Shown in pieces: positions 11,467 through 19,427 of a stretch of 64,000 bases of DNA; position 1 is the stretch's first letter, and the number at the start of each line of letters is the position of its first letter. This stretch comes from Candidatus Komeilibacteria bacterium. Lineage in GTDB: Bacteria > Patescibacteriota > Patescibacteriia > UBA1558 > 2-01-FULL-52-15. A program made the position numbers and the translations under genes. The notes under the pieces were generated by a model. The model was not told the origin of the DNA. It ran no database searches and was given only the letters and a program-made list of their open reading frames with translations. The DNA lies in assembly GCA_043801745.1 (NCBI GenBank), contig JAZDLR010000021.1:6018-70017 (forward strand), read 5' to 3'.

Positions 11467-13164
11467 ATGTTTACCCCAGAAGAAAAAGCCATACTAAAAA
11501 AATACGTCACCGATCCGGACGGTGATGTTTTCTGCGTTCAGAATCTGGAAGGCATTGTAGGCGCGGTTTATGCCCGTTACAGCCGGGCGCGCGGCGGTTT
11601 CCGTGAGGTGATGTTGAAAGAGTTTATTAAGGAGGGCTTGCTAGACGTTGAGAAAGCTAGTCAGTTAATTGAAAGGGTGTTAGTTGCTTATGGTGATGAC
11701 TCTGTTGGTGAACTAGAAGGAACGCATTTATCAGTGGAAAATATTTCTGTTTTAGCCACTAAGGAAATAGAGGACCGCCGAATTGGCGGCTCGCCCATTG
11801 AGCAGTCCACGCGTTATGTTTTCTACGATCAGCGAGATGATCAGGGACAGTTTAGATATTACCGCGAGCCGCGCATCATGGCTTCCAATCATTCCAAGGA
11901 TTACGTGGAGACCATGGATTATATTTTTCAAACCTACTGCGATTTGATTGAGCCGATGAAGGCTTATTATCAGGGATTAAAGTCAATTGACGAGGCCGAG
12001 TATGATGTCTTAGGTACCGGAACTAAACAAAAATTAGCGGATTTAAATGAAGAGAAAGACCGCAAGGCTTTTACCGTAACATATAATTCAGATATCAGAA
12101 CTAAGGCCTGCGACTCTCTGCGCAGTATTTTACCCATTGCTACGAAGACTAACGTCGGCTTATTTGGCAATGGCCGTTTCTTTCAATGGATGCTATCGCA
12201 TTTATATACCTCACCTTTATCCGAAGCAGCCGGCGTGGCCCAGCAGGCGAAAAATGAATTAGATAAAGTTATTCCGCATTACGTTAAACGGGCCAAGAAA
12301 AACGACTATCGGATTAAAATCCGCGAGGAAATGGAAAAATTGACCACCGAGTTATTAAGCACGGTTGAGCCAAAAGAAGAGGATAATATCACTTTATTTG
12401 ATCACGGCGAAGCAGTTATGGCTGAGGAAATAAATACTTTAGTCATGCAGCAATCTTTGGTAACGGCTGATCAGTTGCGTGAGCTGATAAAGAACGAGGA
12501 AGATCATTTGACTTATGCTATGATGTTGTATGAATATTGCCGTCATCCTTTGAAACAACTTTTAAAAATTGTGCGCAAGTTACCCCTTGAGACTAAAGAA
12601 AAAATCCGCAGTACTTATATTGGCGAGCGGCAAACACGGCGCGATCGGCCTTACCGCGCTTTGGAAAGCGGCTACCGTTACACTTTTGATTTAGTGACTG
12701 ACTTTGGCACGTATAAAGATTTAATGCGGCACCGGATGACCAGCCAGTTACGTCAGCGTTTCAACCCTTTGTTAGGTTTTATCGTGGTGGAGGATATTAA
12801 ACGGGCCGGTTTTGAAGAAAAAGTTTTGGAGTGCCACCGCCGCTCAGCCGAATTATATGGCCAAGTGGTCAAAGATTTTCCTCTGGAGGCCTCCTATGTT
12901 ACTCTACATGGACATAAGGTGCGCTGGGTCATGGGCTTTAATGAACGCGAGGCTTATCATTTACTGGAACTACGCACCACGCCGCAGGGTCATCCGCAAT
13001 ACCGTCGGGTCTGTCAGCTGATGCATAAGCAAATTGAAGCTAACCGCGCCTGGCGCGCCAGAGCCATGAAGTTTGTGGATCATAATGATTATTTTTGGTC
13101 GCGGGCAGACGCGGAAGCGAAGCAGAGGGTGGGAGAAAAGAAACTGGAAGAGAACAATAAATAA
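11467..13164 (+). CDS. thyX: FAD-dependent thymidylate synthase ThyX, tandem two-domain (pseudo-dimer) form
   Basis: 565 aa. The N-half has a degenerate ThyX motif ('EDRRIGGSPIEQSTRYV', cf. RHRxxSxxEQSxRY). The C-half carries 'RHRMTSQLRQRF'. It lies between dut and tdk. Confidence 0.55.
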   Translation: MFTPEEKAILKKYVTDPDGDVFCVQNLEGIVGAVYARYSRARGGFREVMLKEFIKEGLLDVEKASQLIERVLVAYGDDSVGELEGTHLSVENISVLATKEIEDRRIGGSPIEQSTRYVFYDQRDDQGQFRYYREPRIMASNHSKDYVETMDYIFQTYCDLIEPMKAYYQGLKSIDEAEYDVLGTGTKQKLADLNEEKDRKAFTVTYNSDIRTKACDSLRSILPIATKTNVGLFGNGRFFQWMLSHLYTSPLSEAAGVAQQAKNELDKVIPHYVKRAKKNDYRIKIREEMEKLTTELLSTVEPKEEDNITLFDHGEAVMAEEINTLVMQQSLVTADQLRELIKNEEDHLTYAMMLYEYCRHPLKQLLKIVRKLPLETKEKIRSTYIGERQTRRDRPYRALESGYRYTFDLVTDFGTYKDLMRHRMTSQLRQRFNPLLGFIVVEDIKRAGFEEKVLECHRRSAELYGQVVKDFPLEASYVTLHGHKVRWVMGFNEREAYHLLELRTTPQGHPQYRRVCQLMHKQIEANRAWRARAMKFVDHNDYFWSRADAEAKQRVGEKKLEENNK

Positions 13165-13312
13165 ATTTGTTGCTATTACAATGAGAAGTATCAAGATTCA
13201 GGTTACAAGTTCCAAACAATATTTAAGATTCAATTATCAGGTTTCAAAATTTTAAAATTGATAATTGAATATTGTTTGAATATTGATCATTGATTATTGA
13301 AACTTAATCCCA

Positions 13313-13870
13313 ATGCCTATCCCCAACATCCGCGTCATTTCCGGTTGTATGTTCTCCGGCAAAACTAGCCGCCTTTTATGGTATTTGAAACGCGCCGATC
13401 TGGCCAACCGTAAGGTCGTATTATTTAAGCCGCAAATTGATAACCGTTACAGCGCTTCGGAAGTCGTGACGCACGATAATACCCGCGTGCCTTCAATGGT
13501 AATTTCGCAGGCTGTGGAGATTTTACCTTTAGCTGATCAGTATGATGTTATTGGTATTGATGAGATTCATTTTTTTGATGCCAGGCAATTAGTGGCAGTG
13601 GCGGAAAAATTAGCCGCTCAAGGCAAAGCCGTTGTGGCGGCCGGTTTAGATTTAGATGCCGAGGATAACGCTTTTGAAGCTACTAAGGAACTTATGGGTA
13701 TTGCCGAGTTTGTGGAAAAACTTCAGGCCGTGTGTGCTGACTGCAATAATGAATATGCCTCACGCTCTTACCGCAAGTCGCAGTCTAAAGAAAAGTTTGA
13801 AGTTGGCGGCAAAGAGGCCTACTTACCTTTGTGCCGCGTGTGTAATGCTAAACGGAAAGCGCCAAAATGA
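13313..13870 (+). CDS. tdk: Thymidine kinase
   Basis: P-loop 'MFSGKTSRLL', 'IGIDEIHFFD', C-terminal zinc ribbon 'CADC...CRVC'. Confidence 0.85.
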   Translation: MPIPNIRVISGCMFSGKTSRLLWYLKRADLANRKVVLFKPQIDNRYSASEVVTHDNTRVPSMVISQAVEILPLADQYDVIGIDEIHFFDARQLVAVAEKLAAQGKAVVAAGLDLDAEDNAFEATKELMGIAEFVEKLQAVCADCNNEYASRSYRKSQSKEKFEVGGKEAYLPLCRVCNAKRKAPK

Positions 13871-14553
13871 CGGGCAAGTTAATTGTTATTGACGGCACCG
13901 ACGGTTCGGGTAAGGCCACGCAGGTTGAATTATTGGCCGAGCGTCTAAAAAAAGATGGCTATAAGGTAGCGATTGCGGATTTTCCGCGTCACGGCGAGCC
14001 GTCAGCTTATTTTGTGCAAGAGTATTTGAATGGTCGCTTCGGACCCTTAGAAACTATTGGACCCAAGAAAGGTTCAATTTTTTATGCGCTTGATCGTTAT
14101 GCGGCCAGTTTTCCTATGCGCCAGCAGTTAGAACAAGGTTATATTGTTTTGTCTAATCGTTATGTTACGGCCAACATGGGACATCAGGGGGGTAAAATTG
14201 CGGATCCTGAAGCCAGACACAAATTTTTCGACTGGCTGTATGAATTAGAATTTGAAATTGTGGGTATTCCTAAGCCGGATTTGAATATTATTCTGCACGT
14301 GCCGGCGGAAATTGGTCAGCAGCTGGTAGATCGAAAATCCAGCAGGGATTATATTGGTGGTAAGAAGCGCGATTTGCATGAGCAGGACATTAATCATTTA
14401 AAGGCCGCGGAGCAGGTATATTTGGAAATTGCCAAGAAGTATCCCAATTTTGCTTTGATTGAGTGCGTAGACAATGGTATGATTATGTCTAGAGAGAAGA
14501 TAAATGATTTGATTTGGGAAACTATCGAGAAATGTCTAAATACGAACCCGTAA
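13867..14553 (+). CDS. tmk: Thymidylate kinase
   Basis: 'LIVIDGTDGSGKATQ' with DRY-like 'LDRY'. ATGA overlap with tdk. Confidence 0.85.
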   Translation: MTGKLIVIDGTDGSGKATQVELLAERLKKDGYKVAIADFPRHGEPSAYFVQEYLNGRFGPLETIGPKKGSIFYALDRYAASFPMRQQLEQGYIVLSNRYVTANMGHQGGKIADPEARHKFFDWLYELEFEIVGIPKPDLNIILHVPAEIGQQLVDRKSSRDYIGGKKRDLHEQDINHLKAAEQVYLEIAKKYPNFALIECVDNGMIMSREKINDLIWETIEKCLNTNP

Positions 14554-16040
14554 TTGGTCTGGAAATTCACTTGCAGCTTAAAACTAAGAGCAAGATGTTT
14601 TGCCGTTGTGCCAATGAGCGTGACAATCAGCAGCCGAATTCCGCTGTTTGTCCGGTGTGTCTGGGGCATCCCGGCACTTTGCCGGTAGTGAATGCCGAAG
14701 CTATCCGTCAGGGTATCCGGCTGGGTCTGGGGATTAATTGCTATATTAACCGTTTTTCCAAGTTTGACCGCAAAAATTATTTTTATCCGGATTTACCCAA
14801 AGGTTACCAGATTACTCAATTTGATCAGCCGCTGGCTACGGACGGTTATTTGCTGTTATTGATTGGTGGTCAGGAGCGGCGTTTCAGCATTGAAAGGATG
14901 CATCTGGAAGAAGACACGGGCAAGAATTTTCATATTAAGGATCAGACTTTGATTGATTTTAACCGGGCCGGCGCGCCACTGGGTGAAATTGTGACTAAGC
15001 CGGATTTCCGCTCGCCGCAGGAAGCTAAGCGTTTTTTGCAGGAATTGAAATTAATCGCCCGCTATTTAGGAGTGTCTGACGCGGATATGGAAAAAGGACA
15101 ATTGCGCGTGGATGTTAATATTTCCCTGCGTCCGGTTGGTGACGTCAAACTATATCCCAAAACGGAAGTTAAAAATGTCAATTCTTTCCGTTCAGTGGAG
15201 CGGGCTCTGCAATATGAGATTGAGCGGCAAACTAAGTTATGGCAAGGCGAGATGCCGCCACAGCAGGGTAGTACCCGCGGCTGGGATGATTCCCGGGAGA
15301 TAACCGTGGAGCAAAGAGTAAAAGAAGAAAGTAATGATTACCGTTTCTTCCCCGAGCCGGATTTACCGCCCCTGGAGTTATCAGTAGAAGAAGTGGAAGA
15401 AATTAAGAAATCTTTACCCGAATTGCCGCTGGCTAAGCGTCACCGTTTTCAGGAGGAATTTCTGCTAAATTATGGCGAGGCTGAAGTTCTTTCTATGGAT
15501 ATCGCGACAGCCAATTATTTTGAAGCCACGGTCAGTGAATTACGAGCTTGGCTGTTATCATCCGGCGAAACCAGCGGCAGTGAAGAAGAAATTTGGGCCG
15601 CCAACCGCAAGAAATTAGCCCGTCTGGCTCTGGCTTGGATTACCACGGAATTATTCAAGCATTTGAATGCCGGCAATAAGACCATTGAGCAGTCGCCGGT
15701 AACACCGGAAGATATGACGGAATTTATTGTTCTGGTTTATCAGGGTAAAGTTAATAGCTCGGCGGCGCAGACAATTTTTGCCACTATGGTCACCACGGGC
15801 GAGGATCCGCAGGCTATTGCTGACCGTTTGGATTTGCATCAGGAGAGCAATGAAGAATCCTTGTCAGAAATTGTGCGAACTATTATTGAGAATAATCCTG
15901 ATCAGGTGAATGATTACCGCAGCGGCAAGCAAGCCATTATGAAATATTTTGTCGGTCTGGCCATGAAAGAATCTAAAGGTAGGGGAAATCCCCAGGTGCT
16001 GGAAAAGCTGTTTAAAGAAGAACTGGAAATTAGGCAGTAG
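14532..16040 (+). CDS. gatB: Asp-tRNA(Asn)/Glu-tRNA(Gln) amidotransferase subunit B
   Basis: 'YEPVIGLEIHLQLKTKSKMFCRC...CPVCLGHPGTLP'. I take the start at the internal ATG. Confidence 0.9.
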   Translation: MSKYEPVIGLEIHLQLKTKSKMFCRCANERDNQQPNSAVCPVCLGHPGTLPVVNAEAIRQGIRLGLGINCYINRFSKFDRKNYFYPDLPKGYQITQFDQPLATDGYLLLLIGGQERRFSIERMHLEEDTGKNFHIKDQTLIDFNRAGAPLGEIVTKPDFRSPQEAKRFLQELKLIARYLGVSDADMEKGQLRVDVNISLRPVGDVKLYPKTEVKNVNSFRSVERALQYEIERQTKLWQGEMPPQQGSTRGWDDSREITVEQRVKEESNDYRFFPEPDLPPLELSVEEVEEIKKSLPELPLAKRHRFQEEFLLNYGEAEVLSMDIATANYFEATVSELRAWLLSSGETSGSEEEIWAANRKKLARLALAWITTELFKHLNAGNKTIEQSPVTPEDMTEFIVLVYQGKVNSSAAQTIFATMVTTGEDPQAIADRLDLHQESNEESLSEIVRTIIENNPDQVNDYRSGKQAIMKYFVGLAMKESKGRGNPQVLEKLFKEELEIRQ

Positions 16041-16271
16041 GAAGGTAGCTTGTAGTGCGGCCGTCATGGCGATTTATCTTGGCTTAGGCTGGGATTTTTT
16101 TGATATATATTTGTACGGACAGGTCGCGACCTGTCCGTACGCGGAAAATCAGAGCTGAAATTTAAAATATGAAATCGCAATGACGGCCGGTTTGACACCC
16201 GCTATTTTTTCTATATACTGTAGTAACTTCTTTTCGCGTTCACAGTTGGTTGACTATACAGGAGGTGTCCG

Positions 16272-16640
16272 TTGAAGATAATGTTCATTGTTTTTCTGGT
16301 TTTGGCGGCCATACTAGCGGCTGTACCAGCCAGTGCCATCACTTTGCCGCTTGATTGTTTGGCGGCAGGGGATACGCTGAGCCTGCAGTATTTGCCTGAT
16401 TGCGACGCCCGAACCGGCGTCTTGCTTCCGCTCGGGCCCTGCCCACAGCAATTGTCCATGTTTTACATGGGCGGGCAGAACTGGATCGTGATTGGTGACC
16501 AGATCTACGGCGTGGTGGTGGATAACCCGGCGTTTGGGGTTATCCGTTATGTCATGATCTTGCCACGCTGTCACAAATCGGTTCTTCGGTTTGGCAGATG
16601 GCAGTTTCCTGGCCGCAGGCTGGTTTTCCACAATGGATAG
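16272..16640 (+). CDS. Hypothetical small secreted protein (signal peptide; GC-rich)
   Basis: RBS AGGAGGTG, N-terminal signal 'MKIMFIVFLVLAAILAAVPASA', downstream terminator. An antisense ORF also exists, so the call is uncertain. Confidence 0.35.
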   Translation: MKIMFIVFLVLAAILAAVPASAITLPLDCLAAGDTLSLQYLPDCDARTGVLLPLGPCPQQLSMFYMGGQNWIVIGDQIYGVVVDNPAFGVIRYVMILPRCHKSVLRFGRWQFPGRRLVFHNG

Positions 16641-16667
16641 CTGGAGACAAACCAAGGAGGAAAAAGG

Positions 16668-16715
16668 ACGGCCGTGTCGTTTGAGTGACATGGCCGTTTA
16701 AAATTTATTTTCTAC
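16668..16715 (+). terminator. Rho-independent terminator
   Basis: CGGCCGTGTC/GACATGGCCG stem with one G.U pair, then TTTAAAATTTATTTT. Confidence 0.55.
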
Positions 16716-16750
16716 CACCCCTTTCCCCTCCTTGGTAAGGAGGGGATGGA

Positions 16751-17719
16751 TTAAGAGTCCAGAAATTTTAAGGCTGCGGATTTGGCTTCGGCTTCGTTGC
16801 CGACCCAGGTGATTGGTGTTTTCTTTTCCATACGCCAGAACCAGGTCATTTGCCGTTTGGCATAGTTGCGGGTGTCTTGCTGAATCTGACTAATTATTTG
16901 TTCGCGGGTTATTTTTTTGTCAAAATAATCATGCCATTCGCGGTAACCGATGGAAAGCATGGCCGGGCAGTCCCAGCCGTATTGGGCTGATAGCTTTTTA
17001 ACTTCATCTTCTAAACCGCGCTTAAGCATTTCATGTACTCGGGTATTAATGCGGGAGTAGAGTAGTTCACGGTCGACCTCAATACCAATAAGACAGTAAT
17101 CATGTTTTGGTTCGGCTGTGGCCTGACTAGTGACAAAGCCGCGGCCGGTAATTTCACTGAACTCAATGGCGCGGATTAGTTTTAACCGGTTATTCTGATA
17201 AATCAGTTGCGAGCCTTCGGGATCAACTTTTTTTAAACGGAAAATTAATTCATCAGTAGTGAGCTTGTCTAGTTCTTCGCGTAATTTTGGTTGCGGCGCA
17301 ACGTTAGGAATTTGATAATTTTCCACCACAGCCGATAAGTATAATCCGGTACCGCCGACTAAAAAAGGCACTTTTTGCTGTTTTAAAATATCGTCGATTT
17401 TAGCCACAGCCATTGCCTGATAATCCGGCAAATAGATTTGATCTGTTGGTTCGGCAATGTCAATTAAATAATGCGGAATAACTTTCTGCTCTTCAATCGT
17501 AATTTTATTCGTGCCGATGTTAAAGTATTTATAAACATGCCGCGAGTCAGCTGACACAATTTCGCCGTTTAGCTCTTGGGCTAAGTGAATTGCCATAAGC
17601 GATTTGCCTGAAGCGGTGGGCCCAAGAATAACTATTACTTTGGGTTTAGGCAAGGCTAACGGGCGCTTGATTACAGCGGTAGAAGCTTTAACTTTTGGCT
17701 TGGTTTTGGTTGTTAACAT
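16751..17719 (-). CDS. miaA: tRNA dimethylallyltransferase
   Basis: 'VIVILGPTASGKSLMAIHLAQELNGEIVSADSRHVY'. Confidence 0.85.
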   Translation of the reverse strand: MLTTKTKPKVKASTAVIKRPLALPKPKVIVILGPTASGKSLMAIHLAQELNGEIVSADSRHVYKYFNIGTNKITIEEQKVIPHYLIDIAEPTDQIYLPDYQAMAVAKIDDILKQQKVPFLVGGTGLYLSAVVENYQIPNVAPQPKLREELDKLTTDELIFRLKKVDPEGSQLIYQNNRLKLIRAIEFSEITGRGFVTSQATAEPKHDYCLIGIEVDRELLYSRINTRVHEMLKRGLEDEVKKLSAQYGWDCPAMLSIGYREWHDYFDKKITREQIISQIQQDTRNYAKRQMTWFWRMEKKTPITWVGNEAEAKSAALKFLDS

Positions 17720-17898
17720 ATTATTTAAAGCGTACCGCCACTTTGGGTTTTTTAGTTCGAACTTTACATTTTAATTGGTCTGCCAAAGAAACGCGTTTAG
17801 TTAAGCGCTTTTTTTTGAGTAGTTCCCGTTTTTCGGACTTGGTGAGCATAAGGAAAGTATAGCAGAAAAGATGGAAAACGACCCGCTTGCCCCAGTCT

Positions 17899-18011
17899 TG
17901 TCATTGCGAACACCGCGCCGCTAGGCGGGGTGGTGGAACAATCTGTAACAGATTGCTTTGTCGCCCAGCACCACTTGGCTGCCAAGTGGTGCTGGGCTCC
18001 TCGCAATGACA
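17899..18011. repeat. MITE-like element, family C copy 3 (between miaA and miaB)
   Basis: TIR TGTCATTGCGAAC...CTCGCAATGACA. The internal hairpins are shared with copies at 4572 and 11326. Confidence 0.55.
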
Positions 18012-18035
18012 AGTGAGGGATAGGGGCGGGCGGGT

Positions 18036-19337
18036 TTATGGGACTAACTCACCGTCCAGGCCAAACGCTTTGGCTTTAGTGATGTGGACATTAACAAACT
18101 CGCCGATCAGCGGCAGATCTGGAGCATTAAAAGTGACTGTTTTGGATTCAGACGTTTTGCCTTCATAACGCCAGCCATCGCTTTTTTTGCGTCGGCTATC
18201 GACCAGCACTTTTACGGTTTGACTTTCAAATTGCCGGTTATAAGCCAATCCGGTTTGACCCAGTACTTCATTTAATTCAAATTCACGCTTTTCTTTGATA
18301 GCATGCGGTATGTCATCGGCATATAGTTTAGCCGCTGCTGTGCCCGGACGGGTGGAGTATTGAGATAAATAAGCCATATCAAATTTGACGTCCTTAAATA
18401 GTTGCAAGGTTTTTTGAAATTGTTCCTCGGTTTCGCCGCAAAAACCAACAATGACGTCAGTAGAAAGTCCGATAGTTGGCCGGACTTTACGGATTTTTTC
18501 AATCAGCTGTTTATAATGTTTGATAGTATAGTGACGATTCATTTTTTCCAAAATTTGGTCATCACCTGACTGCATGGGCAAATGCAAATAATTAGTCAGG
18601 TGTTTATTGCGGCCGAGTTCTTTTATTAAATCATCGGACATATCATAAGGATGTGAGGTCATGAAACGCAGCCACCAGTCACCTTGAATTTTGTCTAATT
18701 TTTGAAGCAGTGCCGGAAATTTAATTTCGTCTTTAAGATCCAGTCCATAAGAATTAACATTCTGACCAACCAGAATGATTTCTTTATAACCGCGTTTGAT
18801 TAAGTTTTTAACCTCTTCAATTATTTCAGACGAGGGCCGCGAAATCTCTTTACCTCTGGTATAGGGCACGGCGCAGTAAGTACAGAATTTATTACAGCCC
18901 GTAGCGATCGGCACATAGGCGGAAAATATGGACTGGTACTTGGGTTCAATTTTAAAATAGCTAGGTAAGTCAATTAGTTGTTCGTCCGTCAGCTTTTTCA
19001 GCTGCTCGGGTAAAGTATCAAGTTGTTTTATATCCAAAAAAATGTCAAATTTGTCATTTAACTGCTCACGGTCTTGCTGTAGTACACAGCCGGATAGCAG
19101 AGTAATCAGCGGCCGTTTGGTTTTTTCCAACTGCCATTGGCGTACCTTACCGTGAATGCGGTCCATGGCTGATTGCCGTACAGCGCAGGCCACGACGCCG
19201 ACCAGATCAGCCTGTGATTCATCATCTGTCGGCTGATAACCGATTTTTTCCAGAATTGTAGCTAAGCGCTCGGCGTCATTTTTGTTCATTTGGCAACCAA
19301 GAACGAGCAAATGGTAATATTTGGGGGCAATAGTCAT
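18036..19337 (-). CDS. miaB: tRNA-i6A37 methylthiotransferase MiaB (radical SAM MTTase)
   Basis: N-terminal MTTase cysteines, radical-SAM 'CNKFCTYCAVPYTRG', C-terminal TRAM. Adjacent to miaA. Confidence 0.8.
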   Translation of the reverse strand: MTIAPKYYHLLVLGCQMNKNDAERLATILEKIGYQPTDDESQADLVGVVACAVRQSAMDRIHGKVRQWQLEKTKRPLITLLSGCVLQQDREQLNDKFDIFLDIKQLDTLPEQLKKLTDEQLIDLPSYFKIEPKYQSIFSAYVPIATGCNKFCTYCAVPYTRGKEISRPSSEIIEEVKNLIKRGYKEIILVGQNVNSYGLDLKDEIKFPALLQKLDKIQGDWWLRFMTSHPYDMSDDLIKELGRNKHLTNYLHLPMQSGDDQILEKMNRHYTIKHYKQLIEKIRKVRPTIGLSTDVIVGFCGETEEQFQKTLQLFKDVKFDMAYLSQYSTRPGTAAAKLYADDIPHAIKEKREFELNEVLGQTGLAYNRQFESQTVKVLVDSRRKKSDGWRYEGKTSESKTVTFNAPDLPLIGEFVNVHITKAKAFGLDGELVP

Positions 19338-19395
19338 GCTCGCATTCTAGCAAACGCAACAGGAAATTCAAACCATGCAATTTATCTGTATTTAT

Positions 19396-19403
19396 TGTAT
19401 AAT
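19396..19403 (+). promoter_or_regulatory. Extended -10 element TGTATAAT upstream of the giant protein gene
   Basis: TGnTATAAT consensus about 25 nt upstream of the ATG. Confidence 0.35.
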
Positions 19404-19427
19404 ATCAATTAGATATTTCGAGATTTT

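Noticed and set aside
12970-13255. Small ORFs 12970-13194(-) and 13073-13255(+) at the thyX 3' end
   Set aside because: They overlap thyX or lie in the AT-rich repeat spacer and have no RBS or protein-like composition.
16314-16691. Minus-strand 125-aa ORF antisense to the small secreted-protein ORF
   Set aside because: The plus ORF has a signal peptide, RBS and downstream terminator. Only one strand can plausibly be coding, and the minus ORF lacks an RBS. The plus call itself is low confidence.
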